Positions 10,858 through 18,998 of a DNA stretch of 32,000 bases are shown in pieces. Each line of letters starts with the position of its first letter. Position 1 is the stretch's first letter. Source of the DNA: Synechococcus elongatus PCC 6301 (GTDB lineage: Bacteria; Cyanobacteriota; Cyanobacteriia; Synechococcales; Synechococcaceae); the NCBI RefSeq assembly GCF_000010065.1, contig NC_006576.1, forward strand, positions 2,280,001 to 2,312,000, in the 5' to 3' direction. Below the pieces are notes generated by a model. The model worked only from the letters and a program-made list of their open reading frames with translations, did no database searches and was not told the DNA's origin. The position numbers and the translations under genes are program-made.

Positions 10858-11244
10858 ATGCCGCGTTGGACTCTGAGTACTGAATTTCACTTCAGTAGCG
10901 CCCACTGCATTCGGGACTATGACGGTCCTTGTGGGCGAATGCATGGTCACACCTATCACGTGCGGATTGAAGCGATCGCCTCTGAACTCAGCCCCTCTGA
11001 ATACTGCCCCCATCCAGTGATGGTGGCGGATTTTCGGACATTACGCTGGGCTAAAAAAGATGTCACCAAGGGAGGACTCGATCACTGTGTCCTCAATGAG
11101 GTGATGCCGCCTGAGTATGAGACGACGGCGGAAATGATTGCGAAGTACATCCACGACAAGACAAAAAATATGCTGCCGCCGGGTACCCAGCTCAAGGTTG
11201 CAGTCTCAGAAACACCGAATTCTTGGGCGACCTACGAGGATTAA
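10858..11244 (+). CDS. queD: 6-carboxy-5,6,7,8-tetrahydropterin synthase (QueD / 6-pyruvoyl-tetrahydropterin synthase family)
   Basis: EFHFSSAHCIRDYDGPCGRMHGHTYHVRIE matches the PTPS/QueD Cys and His-x-His zinc/catalytic motif. It starts 3 nt after the pyrG stop. Confidence 0.85.
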   Translation: MPRWTLSTEFHFSSAHCIRDYDGPCGRMHGHTYHVRIEAIASELSPSEYCPHPVMVADFRTLRWAKKDVTKGGLDHCVLNEVMPPEYETTAEMIAKYIHDKTKNMLPPGTQLKVAVSETPNSWATYED

Positions 11245-11296
11245 AGCGATTGAAAATGGCGCTCATGCCTGAAGAGAGTGCTGCTGACGGAGGCAA

Positions 11297-11638
11297 TTAT
11301 TGTGACTTACGATCGCTTGCTGCCTCTTCGCCATCTTGAGACTCCTCGAGACACGTAGAAACCGATCGCAGGTTCTCAGGAATTGGTTGGTCGGTCTTAA
11401 AGCTCAATTGCACTTCTGTCAGCGAGAGATAGCCAGATTCTAAAAATGAAAGCAACATTCGCTGGAGGGCGGGCCAAATTTCAGCTTCAAATTCCCAAGG
11501 GCGATCGCGGCGGGCGCGAGCAGCGATTGACTTTAGTGCCCAAAAATAGGAATTCCGCACCATGCCACCAGTCTTGCGATAGGTTGGCGCATCTTCCTCA
11601 TGGATATAGAGGACATTCCCTTGGATCCAAGCACGCAT
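11297..11638 (-). CDS. Hypothetical protein (113 aa), acidic C-terminal tail
   Basis: The ORF-track version (to 11713) overlaps the tRNA-Ser gene, so it is trimmed to ATG 11638 (MRAWIQGNVLYIHEEDAPTYRK...). I cannot name a family with confidence. Confidence 0.55.
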   Translation of the reverse strand: MRAWIQGNVLYIHEEDAPTYRKTGGMVRNSYFWALKSIAARARRDRPWEFEAEIWPALQRMLLSFLESGYLSLTEVQLSFKTDQPIPENLRSVSTCLEESQDGEEAASDRKSQ

Positions 11639-11671
11639 CGGAGTCGCGGCAGTAACGGAACAAGCGGGAAA

Positions 11672-11756
11672 CGGAGAGGGTGGGATTCGAACCCACGGAA
11701 CCTTGCGGTTCAAACGATTTCAAGTCGTTCGCATTCGACCACTCTGCCACCTCTCC
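11672..11756 (-). tRNA. tRNA-Ser (anticodon UGA), 85 nt, class II with long variable arm; CCA not encoded
   Basis: Reverse complement: GGAGAGGTGGCAGAGTGGTCGAATGCGAACGACTTGAAATCGTTTGAACCGCAAGGTTCCGTGGGTTCGAATCCCACCCTCTCCG. It shows a 7-bp acceptor stem GGAGAGG/CCTCTCC, anticodon loop CTTGAAA, variable arm GAACC-GCAA-GGTTC and T-loop GGTTCGAATCC. Confidence 0.95.
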
Positions 11757-11846
11757 AAGGTTGGCTGCGCAATAACCGGAGACGAAGCAGTCCCAGCAAT
11801 CACTGCTTGATTGTACTCAATTCCGCGCTCAGACTCCAGCCATGGC

Positions 11847-12209
11847 CTAGGTTAGCGGACTCAGGGGGGACTGTTCGCGCTCTAGCGTGCACAGTTGCGC
11901 GTAGGTCGAGACTTTGCGCTCCAGTGGAATATCCATCGCTTTGAGGCGATCGCGGAGCCAGTCTGCAAACTCAGTCCCCTGTAGCCGCAACAGCTCAGCT
12001 TGATCGAGGAGTGTCAGGGCTTCCCGCCAAAAGGCAAGCTCTTCCTCGGGGGCTTGCATCTCCACCAGCCCCTCCAAACCCTGACCACTCTCAGGGTGAA
12101 TAGCGGTTGAAAACTGAATGCCCTGACCATTGCGGAGGTGACGCAACACCATCACGAGCACACTCTCGATCGCGGCGGGTTCACCCTCTAAAGAGATGGT
12201 CAATTTCAT
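11847..12209 (-). CDS. Hypothetical protein (120 aa)
   Basis: Clean ATG ORF on the same strand as its neighbours (MKLTISLEGEPAAIESVLVMVLRHLRNGQG...). No family recognised. Confidence 0.6.
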   Translation of the reverse strand: MKLTISLEGEPAAIESVLVMVLRHLRNGQGIQFSTAIHPESGQGLEGLVEMQAPEEELAFWREALTLLDQAELLRLQGTEFADWLRDRLKAMDIPLERKVSTYAQLCTLEREQSPLSPLT

Positions 12210-12397
12210 GGGCAGGGCCTACGCTGCTGACCACTCTAGAGCGGATTAACCCCTAAGAAGACTGGTAGCAACAGCGTGAATTGGGGCGAGATGAGCGATC
12301 GCCGTGGACCCGATTACCTCAGAAAACTGAGGGTTGCTGCGCAGAAATACCCCGCGATCGCAAGACTCGCATTGGGAGCGCGATGGGAATCCTGAAA

Positions 12398-12649
12398 TCA
12401 AGAGATCATCTTCTCGTGGTGAACGGGGACTGAGATTTCTAGACGGCCGCCATTGCGCATGTCGAGATTGTTGACGCTATAGAAATTCGCTTTAATTCCA
12501 AACTGATCGAGTTCCTTGGCCAGTTCTTCAATCAGAACTTTCTCAACTTGGGGCAATTCATCCGCAACAACATTGATCAATTTGGCTGCTAACTTTCCGA
12601 CCCGCTGGCGGATGATTTCATGGGGATTGGTAATTTCAATCAGAATCAT
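12398..12649 (-). CDS. Hypothetical protein (83 aa), lower GC than surroundings
   Basis: ATG ORF MILIEITNPHEIIRQRVGKLAAKLINVVADELPQVEKVLIEELAKELDQFGIK.... About 45% GC by hand count (12401-12649). No family recognised. Confidence 0.6.
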   Translation of the reverse strand: MILIEITNPHEIIRQRVGKLAAKLINVVADELPQVEKVLIEELAKELDQFGIKANFYSVNNLDMRNGGRLEISVPVHHEKMIS

Positions 12650-12725
12650 GATCGTTTAGAAGCAATCAGGGCAGGAACAGCAGCAAATCGTGCGATCGCC
12701 AAATATAGAAGGTTCTAGCCGCTGC

Positions 12726-13034
12726 TCACAGTCGTTTATAAAACTCTTCAAGAACTTCAATCAGCGCTGTGACGCAGGACATAGGAATCAGGTCGAGCAG
12801 TGAAATTTGACGGCGACCGCCGCCAACTTTGACGGGAAACTGACTCAAGGTCGTCATGACCGTGTTTTCATCAATCTGGCCTTGCTCCAACGAAGGAAGC
12901 AGAAGTTCTGCCAGTCGTCGGCTGAGCTTTGCATCATCGAGGTAGAGATGCCACTGAGCAATATCGAGATAGATTTGATCGCCAATTTCAGCTGCCAATT
13001 GTTCGAGCAGCTCGGTTGAGATGGCATAGCTCAT
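12726..13034 (-). CDS. Conserved hypothetical protein (102 aa), acidic and helical
   Basis: ATG ORF MSYAISTELLEQLAAEIGDQIYLDIAQWHLYLDDAKLSRRLAELLLPSLEQG.... It resembles small proteins conserved in cyanobacteria, but I do not recall the family name with confidence. Confidence 0.65.
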   Translation of the reverse strand: MSYAISTELLEQLAAEIGDQIYLDIAQWHLYLDDAKLSRRLAELLLPSLEQGQIDENTVMTTLSQFPVKVGGGRRQISLLDLIPMSCVTALIEVLEEFYKRL

Positions 13035-13097
13035 AGCGGTGTCAGGGGTTTTTGCCCCCCTACCCTAGCCTCCTCCTTGGAGCGATCGTGAATTTCT

Positions 13098-13343
13098 TCA
13101 CTGGGCTTCAGATTTATCCGGACGATCGCGCCAAATAAAGATCGCATGTAGGCCCAAACCGGCAAACCAGAGCAGCGTCACCGTCGAGAGATGCTCAAAC
13201 GGATGCCCGAGCTGTTGAAAAAACCACAGCCCAGAATTGATTGCTGAAAACAGGGCGATGTGCAGGGCAAAGTTGATGCGATTTTCGAGGCGACGGTAGG
13301 CCGGATCGTTGGGGTCGGGTTCGCGGGGCCAGCGTGGAGGCAT
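13098..13343 (-). CDS. Small membrane protein with two TM helices (2TM-domain-like)
   Basis: 81 aa. YRRLENRINFALHIALFSAINSGLWFFQQL followed by a second helix TVTLLWFAGLGLHAIFIW, which is the 2TM-domain pattern. Confidence 0.65.
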   Translation of the reverse strand: MPPRWPREPDPNDPAYRRLENRINFALHIALFSAINSGLWFFQQLGHPFEHLSTVTLLWFAGLGLHAIFIWRDRPDKSEAQ

Positions 13344-13496
13344 GACAAGACTATCGGCTGTGTTTTTCGTAGCTTAGCGGACGCCGGGATCAGCATTGGT
13401 GCCACTCCGGCCTTCAGCGAGCCAGCCTCTGAAGACCGTTAGAGCGGACTGCTAGAGTGGGCTGGTCATGCTGCTGTTCTTTTCTTTTGTCTACGC

Positions 13497-14948
13497 GTGT
13501 GGTTTCGACTTCCCTTTGAACGACGGGCGATCGCAGCTTTGCTGGTCCTGTTCTTCTGCAGTCTCGTCCTAGTGACCGTGGGCGATCGCAGCCGACCGAC
13601 GGTGCGTTGGTTCAACTGGGCCGATCGCGCTGTGGGAGCCGACGCCACCGCGATGTTGTTCACCTTTAGCCGTCCGATGGAACCGGCTTCCATCGAGTCA
13701 TCGTTTGAACTCACACCAACCTTCCCTGGCCGGTTTAGCTGGGCAGGTCGGCGCTTGGCATTCACGCCGGAATTACCGCTGCCCTACGGCTTGGAGTATC
13801 AGGTGCAGATGGCTAGCGGTCAGGAAAAGCGATCGCCTGCCCGTAGCCTCACACCGTTTGAGGCCAAGTTCCGGACCCACGATCGTGCCTTTGCCTATCT
13901 CGGAATTGAGGGGGAAGAAGAAGGGCGACTGCTGCTCTATAACCTGACGCGTCAGCAACAGCAAATATTGACGCCTCCCGATTGGGTGGTGCTTGATTTT
14001 CTGCCCTATCCCCACGGCGATCGCATTTTGTTTAGTGCAATTCCTCGCCAAGAAAGCGCCACGATCGCAGCGGCGGCGCTCTACAGCGTTACCACTGGCC
14101 TCAACTACTGCAATCCAGAACCTGGCCCTTGTCAGCCGCGATCGCGGGGCGGCGAAGTTCAAGAAATCCTCAGCAGCAACGACTATCAAAACCTTGCCTT
14201 CGACCTCTCCGCCGATGGGCAGACGATTATCGTGCTGCGCAGCAACAAAAAGATTGCTAATGCTGCCCTAGAACTCTGGAAGCTGCCTGCTGAGGGCGAC
14301 CCCAGTGTCATTCAGCGGGATCCGGGCGGTGAGTTTCGCATTGCCCCAGACAACAACTCCTTGGTTATTGCCCAAGGCCAGGGCTTGGCTGTACTGCCCC
14401 TCGAACCTGGGAGTCAACCCCTCGATTTCTTGCCCCAATTTGGGCGTGTGTTGGGCTTTAGTCGAGATGGCACGCAAGCTGCGACTGTCCGTTTTAACTC
14501 CGACTTTAGCCAGTCATTATTTTGGGTGGACAGCGCTGGCAACCGTCGCGAACTGCGCAGCGTTGATGGGGAAATCCTCAGTGCTGACTTCTCTCCCAAC
14601 CGCAAGGCGATTTATAGCCTGCTTAGCGACAGCGATGATGCGGAATTTCTCTCGCTGATTGCCTTTGACCTCCAGGCTGATAAGCCCACCGGCACCCTAC
14701 TCCTCAAAATTCCGCGTGAAGGGCCGGTCAGCCTCGACTTAGCCCCGGATGGATTAGCGGTCATTTTTGATCAGCCGATCGCCCCAGACAAGACTGCAGT
14801 TAACCGTTCAGCGGTTGAGAGTGTCAGTAGTCAATTGTGGGTGTTGCCGCTGTCGCCACCTGGCAGCCAACTAGCCCAAGCGGAGACTCAACTGCCACTC
14901 CCCAAGGCTCTGTCCCTCCAAGGGGTTCGTCCGCGTTGGGTGCCTTAG
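13497..14948 (+). CDS. Exported or membrane-anchored protein: N-terminal Ig-like (SbsA/Big_5-type) domain plus TolB/PD40-like beta-propeller repeats
   Basis: GTG start with an N-terminal hydrophobic anchor (AIAALLVLFFCSLVLVTV). It has an Ig-like segment (MLFTFSRPMEPASIESSFELTPTFPGRFSWAGRRLAFTPELPLPYGLEYQVQM). Repeated PDG/DG turns follow (LSADGQTIIV, IAPDNNSLVIA, FSRDGTQAA, FSPNRKAIY, LAPDGLAVIF). Confidence 0.7.
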   Translation: MWFRLPFERRAIAALLVLFFCSLVLVTVGDRSRPTVRWFNWADRAVGADATAMLFTFSRPMEPASIESSFELTPTFPGRFSWAGRRLAFTPELPLPYGLEYQVQMASGQEKRSPARSLTPFEAKFRTHDRAFAYLGIEGEEEGRLLLYNLTRQQQQILTPPDWVVLDFLPYPHGDRILFSAIPRQESATIAAAALYSVTTGLNYCNPEPGPCQPRSRGGEVQEILSSNDYQNLAFDLSADGQTIIVLRSNKKIANAALELWKLPAEGDPSVIQRDPGGEFRIAPDNNSLVIAQGQGLAVLPLEPGSQPLDFLPQFGRVLGFSRDGTQAATVRFNSDFSQSLFWVDSAGNRRELRSVDGEILSADFSPNRKAIYSLLSDSDDAEFLSLIAFDLQADKPTGTLLLKIPREGPVSLDLAPDGLAVIFDQPIAPDKTAVNRSAVESVSSQLWVLPLSPPGSQLAQAETQLPLPKALSLQGVRPRWVP

Positions 14949-15064
14949 TCAGCATCGAGGGGCGATCGCGGTTGGTAACTCACAACTCAATCGTTCTTCA
15001 AATTTCTGCTGCCCACTATATTCCCGCTGCAAACTGAGAGCATCGATCGCCCTCAGATAAGCCC

Positions 15065-15544
15065 ATGACTGCATTTCAGGCTCGATTGCGCTGGCCTCTG
15101 TTGGCGCTACTGCTGGTCGTGTCTGGGCCGCCGGCTAACGCTGACACAGTCACGGGTTCAGGTAACCTGCGACAGCAGCGACCCGTGCAGCGACTCCAAG
15201 GCAATTGCCCCACTCAAATTCAACTCACGACGAGTTGGCGCTGGTATGAAGGAGGCGGGGAGCATCTGGTAATCCCAGAGACGACGGCTACGGCGGGGCG
15301 ATCGCGCTATGTGACTGGAACTGCCAAGACCGCTGAATATCAAGCGCCGTTGCTGCCTGATTTTGCTTCCTGTGTCGCAGAAGTGCGGCCCAGTGCCGAC
15401 TTCCCCTATCGCTTGGTCTGGAAGGCGGGTCGCCTCACTTTTCGGGTCGAACTACCTGCCGATACGCCAGCCAATCCCTCTCGGATCAGCCAACGAGCCA
15501 TTCTGGACGGCCGTCCCTACGTGCGCTGGCAAATTGCGGACTAG
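15065..15544 (+). CDS. Secreted hypothetical protein (159 aa) with Sec-type signal peptide
   Basis: MTAFQARLRWPLLALLLVVSGPPANA|DT has a positive n-region, a hydrophobic core and an A-x-A cleavage-like site. No family recognised. Confidence 0.6.
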   Translation: MTAFQARLRWPLLALLLVVSGPPANADTVTGSGNLRQQRPVQRLQGNCPTQIQLTTSWRWYEGGGEHLVIPETTATAGRSRYVTGTAKTAEYQAPLLPDFASCVAEVRPSADFPYRLVWKAGRLTFRVELPADTPANPSRISQRAILDGRPYVRWQIAD

Positions 15545-15607
15545 TGCTGTGGGGTCAGCGATCGGGATCAAGATCGCTAGAGTAAAAGGCGGTTAAGGGA
15601 TTGCCCG

Positions 15608-17539
15608 ATGATCGCTGCGACGCCAATGCCACTGCTGAAGCAACCCGATCGCCTGGAAGCGCGATTGCGGGAGCTACCGGCTGAGCCCGGCGTTTATTTC
15701 ATGCGTGATGCCAGCGATCGCATTCTCTACATCGGCAAAAGCAAAAAGCTGCGATCGCGGGTGCGTTCCTATTTCCGTGACCTCGAGCGGCTTAACCCCC
15801 GCATCAATTTGATGGTGCGGCAAGTTTGTGAAATCGAAATTATTGTTACCGATACAGAAGCTGAGGCACTTGCTCTCGAAGCAAACCTGATTAAACAGCA
15901 TCAGCCCCATTTCAATGTCCTGCTCAAGGACGACAAGAAATATCCCTATCTCTGCATCACTTGGAGCGATGACTATCCTCGTATTTTTATCACTCGCAAA
16001 CGGCGACTAGGGAATAGTCGCGATCGCTACTACGGCCCCTACGTTGATACGCGCTTACTGCGCCACACACTCTTTTTAGTCAAGCGTTTGTTTCCGCTGC
16101 GGCAGCGACCCCAACCGCTGTTCAAAGATCGCACTTGCCTGAATTACGACATTGGTCGCTGCCCAGGGGTCTGTCAGTCGTTAATCCGACCGGATGACTA
16201 TCGCAAGACACTGCAGAAAGTCGCGATGATCTTCCAAGGGCGCAGCAGCGAATTAGTGGAGCTGCTCGAAGCGCAAATGCTGCAGGCAGCCGAGAATTTA
16301 GAGTTTGAAAAAGCAGCGAAAATTCGTGATCAAATTCGTGGCCTGGAAGGCTTAGGGGCGGAGCAGAAAGTGCAGCTCCCGGATGACCGAATCTCGCGAG
16401 ATGCGATCGCGCTGGCAATGGATGAGCAGCATGCTTGCATCCAACTCTTTCAGATTCGGGCGGGTAAGTTAGTCGGTCGACTAGGGTTTGTGGCGGATGC
16501 TCAATCGGGTAGTGCTGCTGCGATCGCGCAACGGGTGTTAGAAGAGCATTACGCCAGCGTTGATTCGGTGGAAATTCCTCAAGAAGTCCTCGTTCAGCAC
16601 GACCTCCCTGAAGCAGAATTGCTAGAAGTTTGGCTCTCGGAGCGGCGGGGCCGCAAAGTCGAGATCCTGTCTCCACAACGGCAGATCAAAGCTGACCTCA
16701 TCGCCATGGTCGAGCGCAATGCAGAGTACGAACTGGCCAGAACTCAGCAGTCGGCAGAACGCCATACTGCCTCACTGATTGATCTGGCGGATCTGTTGGA
16801 TTTGCCCGAGTTACCTCGACGAATTGAAGGCTACGATATTTCCCACATTCAAGGGTCGGATGCGGTGGCTTCGCAGGTGGTCTTCATTGATGGCTTACCC
16901 GCCAAGCAACACTATCGCCGCTACAAGATTCGCAACCCTGAAGTTCGCGCCGGTCATTCCGATGACTTCGCCAGTTTAGCGGAGGTGCTCCACCGGCGTT
17001 TCCGCAAGTTTGCGGAGGCGAAGGCCCGAGGTGAATCCTTGGCACCCAGTGAACAACGACAAGGTAGTTTATTGCGACCGGATGACCTCGCAGATTTCCC
17101 CGATCTGGTGATGATTGATGGCGGTAAAGGACAACTCTCAGCTGTTGTCGAAGTTCTGCGCAATCTGAATCTGCTGGAGGATGTCAAGCTCTGCAGCTTG
17201 GCTAAGAAGCGTGAGGAAATTTTCTTGCCAGGAGCTTCCGATCCGCTGCCAACGGATGCCGAACAACCGGGCGTCCAATTACTCCGGCGGCTGCGCGATG
17301 AAGCCCACCGCTTTGCGGTTAGTTTTCATCGCCAGAAACGAACGGAACGGATGCGGCGATCGCGCTTGGATGACATTCCGGGGTTGGGCCACAAGCGCCA
17401 GAAAGAGCTGCTGGCTCACTTCCGTTCAATTGACTATTTGCGATTGGCAACGCCTGAACAAATTGCCGAAGTGCCCGGTATTGGCGCAGTTCTTGCCCAG
17501 CAAATTTGGGGCTATTTCCATCCCAGCGAAACAGCTTGA
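15608..17539 (+). CDS. uvrC: Excinuclease ABC subunit C
   Basis: GIY-YIG N-terminus ([30 protein letters not shown]), UVR domain ([16 protein letters not shown]), endonuclease V-like domain and C-terminal (HhH)2 ([13 protein letters not shown]...[12 protein letters not shown]). Confidence 0.95.
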   Translation: MIAATPMPLLKQPDRLEARLRELPAEPGVYFMRDASDRILYIGKSKKLRSRVRSYFRDLERLNPRINLMVRQVCEIEIIVTDTEAEALALEANLIKQHQPHFNVLLKDDKKYPYLCITWSDDYPRIFITRKRRLGNSRDRYYGPYVDTRLLRHTLFLVKRLFPLRQRPQPLFKDRTCLNYDIGRCPGVCQSLIRPDDYRKTLQKVAMIFQGRSSELVELLEAQMLQAAENLEFEKAAKIRDQIRGLEGLGAEQKVQLPDDRISRDAIALAMDEQHACIQLFQIRAGKLVGRLGFVADAQSGSAAAIAQRVLEEHYASVDSVEIPQEVLVQHDLPEAELLEVWLSERRGRKVEILSPQRQIKADLIAMVERNAEYELARTQQSAERHTASLIDLADLLDLPELPRRIEGYDISHIQGSDAVASQVVFIDGLPAKQHYRRYKIRNPEVRAGHSDDFASLAEVLHRRFRKFAEAKARGESLAPSEQRQGSLLRPDDLADFPDLVMIDGGKGQLSAVVEVLRNLNLLEDVKLCSLAKKREEIFLPGASDPLPTDAEQPGVQLLRRLRDEAHRFAVSFHRQKRTERMRRSRLDDIPGLGHKRQKELLAHFRSIDYLRLATPEQIAEVPGIGAVLAQQIWGYFHPSETA

Positions 17540-17544
17540 GTTCT

Positions 17545-17598
17545 AAAAAAAGCGATCGCACCGTTTTCCTTCCGGCTGGGAGGGTTGATGCGATCGCT
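17545..17598 (-). terminator. Candidate intrinsic terminator for pdhA built from two HIP1 copies
   Basis: On the minus strand: A-GCGATCGC (17598-17590), a 30-nt loop, GCGATCGC-T (17559-17551), then TTTTTT. The plus strand shows a 7-nt A-run at 17545-17551. The two self-complementary octamers can pair into an 8-9 bp GC-rich stem, 22 nt past the pdhA stop. Confidence 0.5.
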
Positions 17599-17619
17599 AG
17601 CTTGTCGTCAGACCTCGGC

Positions 17620-18648
17620 TTAGTCTTCTGCCCAGATGTAGCGGGTCAGCTCTTCCGGCTTCGGTTCAGGGCTGGAGATCGCAAATTCCACCGCCTCAGC
17701 AACCAAAGCTTCGATCTTCTTATCGATTGCTTTCAGTTCTTCGTGAGTTGCCAGATTGAACTCCGTTAGATGTGCCGCAAAGCGTTTGATCGGATCGCGA
17801 GCCAACCAGAACTCTTTCTCTTCTTTTGAGCGAAGTTCATCCGGATCCGCCAGCGAGTGGCCCCGGAAGCGATAGGTCAATGCCTCAATCAGTGTCGGGC
17901 CTTCACCCGCTCTTGCCCGCGCGATCGCCTCTTGTGCCACGGCGCGGACTGCCAAGACATCCATCCCGTCGACTTCGACGCCGGGCATGCCGAAGGCAGG
18001 GCCTTTTTTGTAGATTTCCGGATCGGAGGTTGCCCGCTCATGGGACATCCCGATCGCCCATTTGTTGTTCTCTACCACAAACAGGATCGGCAACTTCCAG
18101 AGCGTCGCCATGTTCAAGCATTCGAAGAACTGGCCGTTGTTAGCCGCGCCATCACCGAAGAAACAGGCTGTGACTTGATCTGCGCTGGTGTCGCCCAAGG
18201 CATTGCGGCGGTAGGCCGTAGTAAATGCTGCACCCGTAGCGACGGGAATCCCTTCAGCTACAAAGGCAAAGCCGCCCAGCAAATTGTGCTCAGCCGAGAA
18301 CAAGTGCATCGAGCCGCCCCGACCGCGACTGCAGCCGGTCTCTTTCCCAAAGAGTTCCGCCATCACCTGACGGGCAGGGACGCCCGCACTCAAGGCATGG
18401 ACGTGATCGCGATAGGTGCTGCAGACGTAGTCATCTGATCGCATGGCCTTGATAATGCCGCTGGCAACCGCCTCTTGCCCGTTGTAGAGGTGGACGAAGC
18501 CAAACATCTTGCCGCGGTAATACATCTCCGCACACTTGTCCTCGAAGGTGCGGCCTAGAACCATGTCCTCATAGATGCGCAGGCCTTCCTCGCGACTGAC
18601 CTGAGCCTGAGAAGCCTGAAAACTAGGCAGTGTACGTTCCTGAACCAT
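17620..18648 (-). CDS. pdhA: Pyruvate dehydrogenase E1 component alpha subunit
   Basis: [16 protein letters not shown], the TPP-binding region [17 protein letters not shown] and [15 protein letters not shown]. The start is trimmed to ATG 18648 ([10 protein letters not shown]...). Confidence 0.95.
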   Translation of the reverse strand: MVQERTLPSFQASQAQVSREEGLRIYEDMVLGRTFEDKCAEMYYRGKMFGFVHLYNGQEAVASGIIKAMRSDDYVCSTYRDHVHALSAGVPARQVMAELFGKETGCSRGRGGSMHLFSAEHNLLGGFAFVAEGIPVATGAAFTTAYRRNALGDTSADQVTACFFGDGAANNGQFFECLNMATLWKLPILFVVENNKWAIGMSHERATSDPEIYKKGPAFGMPGVEVDGMDVLAVRAVAQEAIARARAGEGPTLIEALTYRFRGHSLADPDELRSKEEKEFWLARDPIKRFAAHLTEFNLATHEELKAIDKKIEALVAEAVEFAISSPEPKPEELTRYIWAED

Positions 18649-18998
18649 AGCGGCGGCGTTCCGGTGATAGAGCACGAGCTTGCCGACTAAAGGCTAAGCA
18701 TCGCCATTCCTTAGATTAAAGCAGTCTGTCGGCGGCGCTGTGCCGGTTAACACCAGTCTGTCGCTGACAGCGGTTGCCTTTCTGGGGCTTGCCTGTGGGG
18801 TCGAGTAACCGATCGCTGGGATAAGAGTTGGTGCTTCTGGCTCTCAAGAATAGGGTTTTCCGTCGCGTATTCCCGATCACATCCCCCTGTGTCTGCTACG
18901 GAGATAACGCCGATCACTCAACAGAATTGGTAAGTTGACGGTCAAGTTGGGATGATGAAGTCGGCTCAAGCTGGCGATCCGGATCTGGTGGGTGTTCT

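Noticed and set aside
11639-11713. Upstream extension of the 11297 ORF (138-aa version)
   Set aside because: It would run through the tRNA-Ser gene (11672-11756) on the same strand, so the CDS is trimmed to ATG 11638.
11672-11756. tRNA-Ser as an integration site for a genomic island
   Set aside because: There is no integrase or recombinase, no duplicated tRNA 3' segment and no phage or IS genes within the window on either side.
16122-16676. 184-aa minus-strand ORF
   Set aside because: It lies entirely antisense within uvrC, is Arg/Pro/Leu-rich, and is a typical GC-rich antisense artefact.
17857-18438. 193-aa plus-strand ORF
   Set aside because: It lies entirely antisense within pdhA and has no motifs.
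18649-18998. Possible TPP riboswitch upstream of pdhA
   Set aside because: I could not find the conserved CUGAGA / ACCUGAUCUGGAUAAUGCCAGCG-type core on either strand. A covariance-model scan would be needed to exclude it formally.
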